DNA of 64,000 bases. It comes from Eukaryota sp. GEM-RC1. Its lineage: Eukaryota. The notes under the pieces are model-generated. The model was given only the letters and a program-made list of their open reading frames with translations. It made no database searches and was not told the origin of the DNA. The number at the start of each line of letters is the position of its first letter. The first letter of the stretch is position 1. The stretch covers positions 186,001-250,000 of the forward strand of contig JAUFOQ010000018.1 in the NCBI GenBank assembly GCA_040285855.1, given 5' to 3'. The position numbers were made by a program, and so were the translations under genes. Shown here piece after piece: positions 24,496-35,427 of the stretch.

Positions 24496-25550
24496 GTGAA
24501 TGGCGACCTTAAAGTTCTTCAAGATTTAATTGATAATATTGACTCCAATTTGTGGTTAGATATATTTCCTGTTGGGGTAACAGAAATTCAGCAGAGAAGC
24601 ATTTTCTCTTTGCATTCGTGTGTTCGCAAGTTACAGAAGAAGTTTGTTTTGTTTCACGATAGCTTGGACTTTAAAAACCGTATTAGCTTGGCTTAGACTG
24701 AGAGTCCCGCTTTTTGTGCTTTTTGGCATGCTGTTTCTTCCAAGCGCTGCGTCTTCTTTTGTTTCTCGTTTGCCAAGAAAATTTTGTTTTAATCTTAAGG
24801 ATCATGAATGGCTTATAAACATGAGACTTAGGTTAGGTTTATGGCCTTCAGGTCTTTTGAAGCATTCTCCATGTCTTTGTGGTCGTTCAAAGGCTTCAAA
24901 TTTCATCATTTAATTAAGTGTCATCAGTTTATCCATTTTGGATCAATTATTCACATCAATATCCGATGTACTTGTTTGGACATGTTTAAAGCTAATGGTT
25001 TTTATGGGAAAATTGAACCTTTACTTGCTAATCTTTCTGATCAGCCAAAAGTTGATAGAAGTCGTGGTGATTTGATTGGTCCTTGGTTATCTTGTCAGGA
25101 AATTTTCATGGATTTCACGACTGTTGATCCTTGTAATTCAAGATCAATTTCCAAAATTTTTGATGATGATTTTTCTGCCCTTGAAGTAGCTGCAAAAGCA
25201 AAATTTGCAAAGAACAGTCACTTAATTAACCAATTGAATGTTGACAGGTACCATTCTATGTGTTTCAATCTTTTGCGATGTCGATATAGGGTAATATTGG
25301 ACCAGCTGCACAATGTGTTTTAACTTCCTTTGGTAAATTGTGTTCTGAGTATGGTAAAGTGTTCAATTTTTTTTTACTTGAGTAGGTTAACGTTTGCGTT
25401 GTTTCGGTCGATGCATAGATATTTTAATTCAATTTTAGGTAAATTGTTCGGTAATGGACATAATGATCATAGTTTAGATACTTTAGTTAGTGTCTGTTTG
25501 TTATTAATTTCTGCAAATGCTTTTATTTCACTGATTGATCGTAAACCCCG
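24496..25550 (+). mobile_element. 5'-truncated, frameshifted RLE-type (CRE/SLACS-like) non-LTR retrotransposon: zinc finger, restriction-like endonuclease and 3' tail
   Basis: MRLRLGL...CLCG...HLIKC (CCHC finger), then IH..IR, IEPLL, RGDL...MDFTTVDP (PD..D-type core), AAKAKF and RLTFALFR. No RT domain remains. Confidence 0.8.
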
Positions 25551-25841
25551 TTTTTTAAAGTACCTAAAGAAACAAAGTCAGAAATATTAAAATGATGTAA
25601 TTGGAAGTGATTGACGGTGTTAAACAGCACAAATAACAATAAATACTAACACATACAGAGAAGCAGTTTCTACGTACTGCTCTCTCGTATGACAATACGT
25701 ACCATTTACCACACGATCTCTTCCGTTATGTAAATGAGACAAAGAATAGTCAATCCGTAACTACACAAGCAATTGAAACCAAATTATTCAAGAAAACAAG
25801 TAAATTTGAAAGTTGATTAGTATTTCGTAAAAACTATTCCA

Positions 25842-28521
25842 TCAACAACTGTCCTCGTCGTCCTGAAGATCATCCACACATACCAACTCTTCCAAGTTCT
25901 CATCGATTGGGGGCAATTCAAATTTCTCTCCGAACGACTGGAACAAATTCTTCAATTGAGGAGATATTTGAGAGACATTAATAACCCAACCAACTTTGAG
26001 ATCACCTTCACGAGGACTGATGTCAATCGTATCACGTGACCAATTCTCAGTAAAAGAAATACCCAAATTGATATGAGTAAAAGCAGTTGGAGACTTTGTT
26101 CTTTCCTCAACAAGATCTGGTATCATTCTACCAACATTCTTACCAGTTTTTACAGAAACTTTTAAAATTCCAATGAAGTGGTGGACATTTTGATCATCTT
26201 TGATGATTGTTCTTAGTTCTGCAGCAGTTTTTCCTAGAGCTTCCTTTGAGAGCATTGGAACAAGTAGATCAAAACCAACGTTTCCTGGTGGACACATGAA
26301 CATTACACGGAGAATAAATGCATCGAGAATCATAGTTTGCAGTTCATGATATTCTTGAAGTAAGTCACAGGAAAGCTTGGTATTCGAGAAGGCAGAAGGC
26401 ATGGGGACAACATGATTTGCATTGGCAAACCAGTTCTTATCTGTATTAAATTCGTCTTCAGTACAAGGTTCACGAAATCGAAACTTAACAATCTTATTCT
26501 TAGTTCCGACCAATGCAATTCATCACATCAAATAGTGACACTGGATGTAAGAAGTCAGTAACACTACATGCCGTTGATCCTCTGGCCAATGCAAATAAGT
26601 AAAGTAACACACACGCAGCAATTGATTCACTAATAAGGCTGATAGAACTGGAACTAACTCCAGAAAATATCAACACCGACAATAATTCCTTTAAAGATGA
26701 AAAGAATTCATAGGGACGACCTCGAACCTTATCCATGATCACGTTCCAACAACACGTTGCTACTAAAGGATCAACCATAGGAACTGATAAAAACACTTCT
26801 TCACCAGAGGAACATGATTTAGGATTTCTGGTAACTGATGCAAAAGAGCACTCAACCAATGTTGAAAGAACGTGATAGGGAACAGTAGAACTAAGGCAAC
26901 ATGTTAACAGAAGAGCAGATAAAACTGTACTGTTAGAACTAGTAGCAGTTGGAACTTTTGATGACGAATACGTTAAAGCACTTGTAACTTTGGCGTTTAC
27001 TCTAATCATATAATCATCCGGATGACTAGTAAAATAAGCAATCCATAAAGGTCTCAATGATAGAGCCAAACCATGGCTAAGCAGAGAAGACAAGGGCTCA
27101 AGAAGTCTACAGTGTTTCACAAAATGAAGAGGATTTAGGTAGGGAGGAGAAATGAACACAGGGGGGAGAGTAAGACCTCGAGGAACGGAAAGTTCGTGAG
27201 GCTTTATGGTTGCAGGTCGATTTGTTCCCATTCGAGTATCCGAATGACAGAAATTCGCAAGATTGCAGTTAGTACCTGTAACAATTAACATAAGTCTGTC
27301 TGCAGTTGGAATTATTATGGATCGTAATACAATCAAAAGGTTCCGGGCAGCATGCCGAAGTGATCTATATAAGTTCCAAGTAGGATCTTCGAAAAAAGAC
27401 CTTTTTTTTAAAAAAGAAAGACATGGGAAGTTGTAATTATTAACCAAAGTACCGACATCATCTAGAAACAAACAAAAGATCGTTTGAGGGGAAATTGAAG
27501 CCTGAAGTGTTGTAACAGAAGCTGTTGTGAACTTCTCCAGATCTTGTTGTTCTTTGTATTGTTTCAGGAGTTGATCAGTGCGTTTGGTGATGCCAAGGTA
27601 CAAACCAGTCGTGTTGGCAGTGGCAACATTAAATGCTTCTGAACTTCCCTCAAGCAAAGACACAAGTAAACACTGAAACACAACAACGGAATACTTGATA
27701 GAACATTTAAAATGGAACTTACCCTGCAACCAAGTATAAAATTCAGCAGGACAGTTAGGCCAAGTTTCTTGGGTCTCACAGTCCTGTAAACGGGGAAACG
27801 TCATATAGTAAGTGTTGCAAACAACGGCCTTCTTCTTCAGTATTAGTTTTAGTTTAGGTCCAGACGAAGCACCTTCCTGAATTAAACGGGATTTTCCGCA
27901 ACCTGTACTGCCAATGACAGGCAAAACATTTGAATGGTATTTGCTTAGTAAGGATTCACGTTTAATAAATTGATATTGAAAAGCATCACTAATAGACTGT
28001 TGAAGTTTCTCCCAGGAATCTACAGGTTCGAAGGGGAATTCACTCAAGGGGTCTTCTTGTAAAGAAATGCATTGCGGCTCTGCTGATATTGGCTCTGGCT
28101 GAGAACATGACAAAATAAGCAGGTTAAGATTAGAGAGATCATACTGAGCAAACTGATATTTGTCGAACTGTGTGCTTTACTCACGACAACGAGCGAATTC
28201 GGAAGGCGTTTTGGGATCAGTATTTAAAAGCACACGTGCCAAGGCATTCCGAAGAGGTTCCGAAAGCTCCACGGTGTTGTTGTTACTCCTTTTACTCATG
28301 ATCAAGGTAGTAACGGTGGAGGGCACATCATCTATGCGAAGGGTGAGTTCTTCTGTTGATGTTTTGGCTGGATGCATGAACAAGAATGAAGGAATTTCTG
28401 CTTTTGGATATAATACTTATGCTGCTGCTATTGCGGTTCTAATTTCCTTCTTTCGCTCTCTGCATTCCTTCCTATAAAGTTGAACTAGTCTAGGTCCCAA
28501 CTCTACGTTTTTATCTGTCAT
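25842..28521 (-). pseudogene. Crinkler-like P-loop NTPase plus C-terminal PD-(D/E)xK-like endonuclease; two in-frame TAA stops and one frameshift
   Basis: Walker A PVIGSTGCGKSRL, Walker B LFLDDVG, C-terminal CPPGNVGFDLLVP...ILKVSVK. One frame runs from ATG 28521 through TAA 28417-28419 and TAA 28177-28179 into ORF 26500..28113, with a frameshift near 26515. Confidence 0.6.
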
Positions 28522-28643
28522 TCTTCAACTTTCCATGCAATTTTTGTTTCTGAGTCCCGTTGTTGATTTAAACCTGTGGAACGAGTTGTCGACCAAAGCA
28601 CTTCTTTACAGAACGACCCTTTAATGCATACTTCTTCCAAGAA

Positions 28644-28990
28644 GTGGAATCCATGAGAGATCTCTTCAAATCTATCAGTACTGCTTTATTATGTACTAAT
28701 TTGCTCGATATCTACCATTCAAACGTTTTGCCTGTCATTGGAAGTTCAGGTTGGCGAAAATCCCGTTTGATGAGGGAGTTTGTTTCACGTCCCTTGTCTG
28801 TGGAAGTTTTCCTCATATCGGTGTACTTTTTGCAGTACTCTCTATTTGACTTTTCCCAGTCTTAATATTCCAGTGTTTTCTTGCGTCTTTACTTGAGCGA
28901 AGTTCAAGTTCAGTCTCTTTGATGTTACCGATGCCTATAATGACGAATTATATACGGACATCAAGAACATAACCGATGAACAAATATATT
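28644..28990 (+). pseudogene. Inverted, degenerate paralogous fragment of the Crinkler-like NTPase
   Basis: YHSNVLPVIGSSGWRKSRL matches YHSNVLPVIGSTGCGKSRL encoded at ~27885-27940 on the opposite strand. Confidence 0.75.
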
Positions 28991-29001
28991 TTGTAGACCT
29001 T

Positions 29002-32000
29002 CCAAAATTCAAAAATAGCCGATCTTAAAGCCATAACTCTCAGTCAACAATCAGAAACAGAGGAATTACAAATTTTACTTGATAAAAGAGATCATTCGAT
29101 TTCCATTATAAATCAAACTCTGGAGGACAAAAATTCAAATATTGAAGAATTTCACAAATTAATGTCTGAATTGGATGCTACGATTACTCAACTCCAAAAT
29201 GAAGTTGCAGAAAAATCAAAAATGATTACTCAACTTGAAGCTGAAGCTGGTAACAAATCATCAACAATCTCCAAAAATGTTCTTCTATTTCAAAATTTGG
29301 AAAAAGATTTCCAATCGTTTGTTTCCACCCAGCAGAGTCTTTTTGATGAACTGTCAACTCAGATTTCCGAGCTTATTTCTCAATCAAAAGTCGATCACGA
29401 CATGATCAGTCAATTCAAGAATCAATTATCTCAACAAACTGTTGACTTTTCAAGACTGGATACTGATCATGATGACCTTTTGGACAGATTTGAAGCTGTT
29501 GCTCAACAGAAATCTCGTTCAGAAGACCAACTTAACAGTCTGAAAGAACTTTTGAACGAACAATCAGTGGTAATGGAAAGCAACTTTCAACCATTGAGAT
29601 GCTTGAAAGTAAAAATTTAAATTTGGAAGAGAAATTCAATCAGGTTGCTGCTGATCTACCAGTACTTCAAAAAGAATTGGACTTAGAGAACAAAGTTTTG
29701 GATGTAAATAGTCAAAACTCTCAATTAATATCTGAAAATGCGAGGTTATATTCAGAAAATCAACAAGTTTTGACGGAGTTTATAAAGCTATTAGAACAAG
29801 AACATGCTGATGTCCACAAAATTAAACAAAAGCTGACTGACAAAACAAAGGAAATTCTTGAATTGAAGAAAGTTTTAAAAGAACGAAATCTTGTTCAATT
29901 GAAAAGGATATGATTATTGAACATTTGATACTTCGAAATTCTACGCTATTTTCGAAATTTTCTTCTCTTCAACACCGAATCTTGTTTTAGAAGGACAAAA
30001 GCTTAATTTCAATGAAATTTTAAATAATCAGTGTCAAATGTCTGCCAGTCAAGCATTGAAGCAACGTACTGAGAAGAATTCGAATATAGACGAAATTGTT
30101 AAAATTTCTCAACACCCATTATTTTTAGAAGGACAAAAGATGAATTTCAATGAAAATTTAAAAATGCAGTGTAAACTGTTTGCCAGTCAAGCATTGAAGC
30201 AACGTTCTGAGAAGAATTCGAATATAGACGAAATTGTTAAAATTTCTCAACACCCATTGTTTTTAGAAGGACTTTCTGTTGCATGTAATTCGATCAATGT
30301 GGATTCTTGTTTAGAATTTGGAAACAAAAGTTTAAGAAACTATACTTTGGGAAAAACCAGGTGTAATCAAACTGATGATCGACAGTCACTCAATCAAAAT
30401 CATTTGTTCAATGAAGGTCAGCGGTTATCTTATTCGTCTGTTTTCAATGGATTTTCCATCAAACTAGCAAATTCTAAAATCTCCAAAAATTTCAAAATTG
30501 ATGCTGCTACTTCCACTTCTATGTCTTCTCCAGCTGAAATAATAAGAAAGGTTGGAGTTGAAAGTTCTTCGCTTTTAATGGCGAATATGAGTCTTGATAT
30601 TTTCAAACTTTCAAAGCAATTAAATTCTAATATTCAACAAGATTCAAATCTGTCTTATTTGAGTCAAAGTGGACCAGAAGTTTCGGCTGAGAAGTCTCTA
30701 GAAGTCAATGCTGTTCGAAGTGGTGACGTGGCACTTAGTAGGTACGTTTCCAGCAAAGTCAAGAAGGGGAACAATTCCACTAATATTTTAAATATTTTAA
30801 AATTGAGAAACGAAGGTTCCGTTTATTGTCAAAATCTTCTTCAACAGCGTTTAATGACAGTTAATGCAACCAATGGTTATTTAGATTTTAAAAATTTAAA
30901 TATGGATTGTGTCAAACCATCTCTTTCTGTTTCTTCACTGGAACACGCAGGACTTTCTTATTTGCTGAGAACTAGTGTTCAGCGTCTTGCTGTTAAAAAC
31001 GGAGAGAATCAATTGTTAAAATTTCAACTTTCTCAAACTCAATCGTTACAAGAAGATTCTTTTGATGACGTATTCTCACCCAATATTGCGCTTCAAAACT
31101 CTGTTGATGAACCTAAAATTACTCAAGTTGAGTTAGATCAAGCTGAAAACGTTCCCACCATAGATGTATCTTGTATTGAAGAAGAACTTCTACAAGAACG
31201 TAATCTCCGCCAAAAGTTACTTCAACAATACCAAGAAAAATGTAGTCTGTTGGAACAGAATTCTAATCAAATTTCAAAATTGTCTACAAAGGTCAAGTTA
31301 CTTCAAAATGAAAAGAGTGGCCAACGTTTTGTATTTGACGAAGTGTCTAAATCTGTTAATGAAAAGATGAACGAATTAAAAGTCTTGAGGCTGAACAAAA
31401 TTCTTTACTTTTAAAAATTAATGAGCAGACGTCAAAAGTATCTAAATTACAAAGTCAAATTAAAGTTTTACAGGAAGAGTTGGATTCTAGTCAAGCTGAA
31501 ATTGAGCGATTGTCTAATAGAAAAGATTTATTTGTATTTGATTTTAGACTTATCTTTGTATTTTTTGGTGTGAATTTAATACAATTGTTTTTGTGTTTAT
31601 GGAATTGTTATCAATTAATTGAAGTGAAATCCATAAAAATAAGTATGGAAAGTGCGAAATCCAAAGTCTTGAAGGTGTAATGAAGAATTTGTAAATCAAG
31701 CACATTTCCTATAATTTTTGTCCTTTGCGCAGATTTTCTTCTTGGATCCTTTTGGTACCAAAGCAATGAAATTGTTTCATTGCTCTTTCAAGAATTTGAC
31801 TTGCAACAATCGATTTCTTTCAATCAATGATAACAGATTGGCATTTTCTGTTTTCAAGGCTAATCCTCAGATGCTGAAGTCTAATCTCTACATATCTATT
31901 AGAGTAGATTTCTGCTCGTGTCTGTAAGAAAACGAGGTTTTTACGATTTTTTTTGAACAATAGTTTTCTGTTTGTATAATTCACCACCTTTCTATTACAC

Positions 32001-32431
32001 TCTAGTTGTGTTTGTACAATAAGAACGCGTCACTATCACTTTTGACGGTACACAATCTCAAACTATAAATTTTGAATCTCTGTTAGATGGCCGAAGTCAC
32101 GTTGCCTGTTTCAGTGTTCTATATTTGTGATGTACTGATAATGATAATTTAATAATGTAATACTGACCCAAACCAGAAAATAAGCAAAGCACATATACTT
32201 GAACTCAATATCATTGAAACAACCGCATTACCAAATTCGCAGAAGCTTTATCTGCATAAAAAATACAATGAGCTGGAAAAGCTTTTGAGATCACAACAGG
32301 ACACACAATAAGACAGTAAGACGATACGATTCAACCAAGGCTTTTGATCAAATTTCCTGTTCGTTCTTTTTTGCCAGCTTTCTCAAAATCAGAGAGAAAT
32401 CAAAGACCATCCTTACGGAGTCGACCATAAA
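29002..32431 (+). repeat. Segmental duplication, copy 2: 5'-truncated copy of the Hook-like gene (about 29002-31545) plus downstream RLE remnants
   Basis: ORFs 29162, 29599 and 30038 are near-identical to 21200-23450. The copy lacks the first ~1,060 codons and starts directly after the Crinkler-like fragment. Confidence 0.9.
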
Positions 32432-32640
32432 TTGAAATGGCAAAAGGACTTAGTATATACAGGAAGTGCTTTGTGTGTGAGATCTGTCAAGGAGGCATCA
32501 AATTTGATTCCTTTAAATTTTTCAGAAAAATCAAGGAGAGAAACTTCAAGTGTAGTTTGTTTACAATCATCAACAGTAATCACATCAACGATAATCATTG
32601 ACTGGTTCTCTTTCAAATATTCTTTAAATCGTCGACACTG
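32200..32640 (-). mobile_element. Degenerate RLE non-LTR 3' remnant
   Basis: SMIIVDVITVD...LDFSEKFK, then PFAISIYGRLRKDGL*FLSDFEK and LNRIV. Confidence 0.7.
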
Positions 32641-33025
32641 TTCATTTTCTGAATTAATATGTATGTATTTATTGTTGTAAATGAACTCTCATATCTACAT
32701 CATTTATGTACATGTAGTTGTTTAAATGGAATGCGAGTATACCTGCAAAGAGTTTCCGGTCACAAGTTAACGTTCTTGGAACTTTAGAACAATGATACTA
32801 CATGGATGCTCTAAATGCAACATTAAGCCAGTAGTGATACTTGAATAAGTATATTTGTCAAAATTAAGTTGTCGAAAATTGAAGGAGACAATATGAGCAA
32901 GGCTATTGTACTGGATGAATCATAGTAAACTCCATCTGATTGTGTTTTCACAATGAAATATTCAACATACAGATCTAAAGCTTTATTTTTTTGAATTTTA
33001 TTTATAAATGTAACAGATCAAACAA

Positions 33026-33320
33026 CTAAAAATTGATATCATTAAAACAGCACCCGGCTCTATCAAATGTTACAACAGCTTTGTCCTCATAAAAGGAACT
33101 CACTGCTAATAAAGCTTTGGAGATGATTAGGGGAATTGTTTTAAAAACAGTAAAAACGATCCGATTCAACCATAACATATGATCAAAACGTTTGTACATC
33201 CTATATTTTACGATTTTTTCGAAATCGTTTAAAAAATTCAATGTACTTTTTTCTAAACGTCCGTAAATTGAAACAGCAAAAGATGTAAAGCTTTAATAAC
33301 TGTTAAGTTTAATTCAAGAG
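33026..33320 (-). mobile_element. RLE non-LTR 3' remnant directly downstream of the Hsp70 stop
   Basis: FTSFAVSIYGRLEKSTLNFLNDFEK...WLNRIVFTVFK. Confidence 0.75.
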
Positions 33321-33330
33321 AATGATGAAA

Positions 33331-34591
33331 TCACGAGAACTTCATATGTAGATGAGCAACAGCAGCACCCATTGCTATCGCGTGATCAGCTAGTACTGTA
33401 CTTCGAAGTTTGTTTGGGAAACGGTCCGCCATCAGTTCCACTAGTTTAGGAATGTCACGAGAACCTTCAACCATAAGGACTAGATCAATTTGATCACGTG
33501 ATATTGAACTTTGGTCAAGGATGGCATCTACAACACCAATACATCGAAGGAAGAAGTCATGGCATTCCCGTTCAAGATCTTCTCTGGTAATTGTGACATC
33601 AAGATCGTCACCTCCAACGAAATTTGTAACCAAAACATCTTCTTCTTCTGCAGAAGAAAGAGTTTCCTTCGCTTCTGCAACAGCTTTTTTTAACTTTGCC
33701 ATGTTTTGAGCAGATATTTCTTCTGAACAGCCTGTTTCTTCACGAAATTCCTTAATACAATAGTCAACCATTATCGTATCAATTTCAACATCTCTTAGAG
33801 AAGTATCTCCTATTGTTAGAATTCAAAATAAACAACATACCTCCAGTGGCTAGTACAGTAACATCTTGTTCAGTTATCTTGACAATGGATACGTCAAGAG
33901 TTCCTCCACCAAAGTCAAAAACTAAAGCAGTTTTACCAATAGCTCTGTTGTCTTCTTGTTTGAAAGCTAAAGCAGCAGCGGTGGGTTCATTCAGAATTCT
34001 GACAGTGTCAAAACCGGCCATTTCTGCAGCATCTTTTGTTGCTTGTCTTTGTTCATCATTAAAGTAAGCAGGGCATGTTACGGTTAAAGCATCAATTTGT
34101 CCTCCAAGTGATTCTTCAGCTACTTCTTTAAGATGAGTTAGAACAAAGGCAGATACTTGTTCAGGACTGAATTTCCTTTCAGTACCTCCATCTGAAAGAA
34201 TCAAGAGAGGATTATCGTCTGAAGTTCCATCACTTTCAACTTTAAAGGGCCAATGTGATGGTTTTCCTTGATTATGTCTCAAGTTCTTCTGAATCTCTGG
34301 GTCTGAGAACTTTCTTCCAATAAATCGTTTAGCTTCAAAGATTGTGGATTCGGGAGACTTTAAAGAACGCTTTTGAGCCGCATGCCCTACTTCAATATGT
34401 CCTTTACGACAAGCTATTACACTTGGAGTGGTGTTTTTACCTCGATTCAGTATGATTTCCATCATTTCTGGCTTTATTCGACCTTGAGGATCTTTTGTGG
34501 ATCGATAGACAGCCATACAACAATTGGAAGTACCAAGATCTATTCCAATGTGGAATCCTTGTTGAGAAAGTAGAGATTTAGGTTTAGACAT
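33331..34591 (-). CDS. Hsp70-family protein with the nucleotide-binding domain only, two exons; possibly a pseudogene
   Basis: IGIDLGTSN, TTPSV, TCPAYFNDEQRQATKDA, ILNEPTAAA, VFDFGGGTLDVSI and AIAMGAA, then a stop. Removing the intron at 33810-33840 gives ATGGDTSL. There is no linker or substrate-binding domain. Confidence 0.85.
33810..33840 (-). other. 31-nt spliceosomal intron
   Basis: GTATGT...TCTAACAATAG. Removing it puts ORF 33785..35107 in frame with ORF 33331..33771 at a conserved Hsp70 position. Confidence 0.9.
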
Positions 34592-34932
34592 TGAATTAGT
34601 GGAAAATGACAGTGATGATAATGAAAACGATTGTTCATCAACATTCATGTCAAAAACTGATGAGGATGGTTTCAAGAAGTAACAATGACTTGGGAAACAT
34701 TTTGAATCAACATTTTGTAATGATTTCCTATTGTTTGCTTGTAGAAGTTGAATTTGATCATTTTGAAATTGTGTTATCTTTTTAAAATATTCAAGTTCTT
34801 CTAGTAAAGAGGAATTATTATCATCTTTCATTGAATTTTGAAACTCTGAATTTTGAAAAATGTCAATTATTTCAGAAATTCTAGGACGTTGATCAATATT
34901 TATTGACAATACGAGATCTTGAACAATATGAT

Positions 34933-35396
34933 CAGGGATGGGAAATATTGAATTTCCAATCCAATATTGCCAATCAATATCTATAAGATTATTTTCTCCC
35001 ATTACTAGTAAGCTTTGTATGGGCCAAAATCGATATTGTTTATCGTCAGCAAGATTTGAGCAATAGCCATGGCTGCCCTTCAATCGAAGTCCTTGGAATG
35101 TGAACACTTTTAGAAATGCTTGCCAATCCCACTGGTCTGAAGAAGATGAAATCGTTGATGGAGATGGAGTTTAGAGGCTCAAAACTTAAAACTATTTGTT
35201 CGCAACAAATTGTTGCATTTCTTTCTGTAGTATAAAATTTAGATAGGTTTTGTTTTGATATCTTTCATTATTTTAGTGTATTAACTATACAATCTACATA
35301 TTGCAATATTGACAATATATTGGAGCCAATACTGTATTGATTGGTGTGCTGTTTTCCAATACCAATATATTGCCAATCCAATATTTCCTATCCCTG
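34933..35396. mobile_element. Non-autonomous hAT-type element/MITE (464 bp)
   Basis: TIR CAGGGATGGGAAATATTG / CAATATTTCCTATCCCTG (1 mismatch in 18). Perfect 8-bp TSD AATATGAT at 34925-34932 and 35397-35404. Subterminal CAATATTG motifs. Confidence 0.9.
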
Positions 35397-35427
35397 AATA
35401 TGATATTGTTATTGGGAACAATAAATA

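Noticed and set aside
28177..28419. In-frame TAA/TAG codons here and at 38174 suggesting TAA/TAG=Gln recoding
   Set aside because: Conserved genes in the window (syntaxin, RRP9, PfkB, ATG27-like) end at TAG at the expected C-termini, and long ORFs have no internal TAR. Nonsense mutations in dead genes explain these codons.
34933..35107. N-terminal extension of ORF 33785..35107
   Set aside because: It lies inside the hAT MITE and starts at a non-ATG codon, so it is chance read-through.
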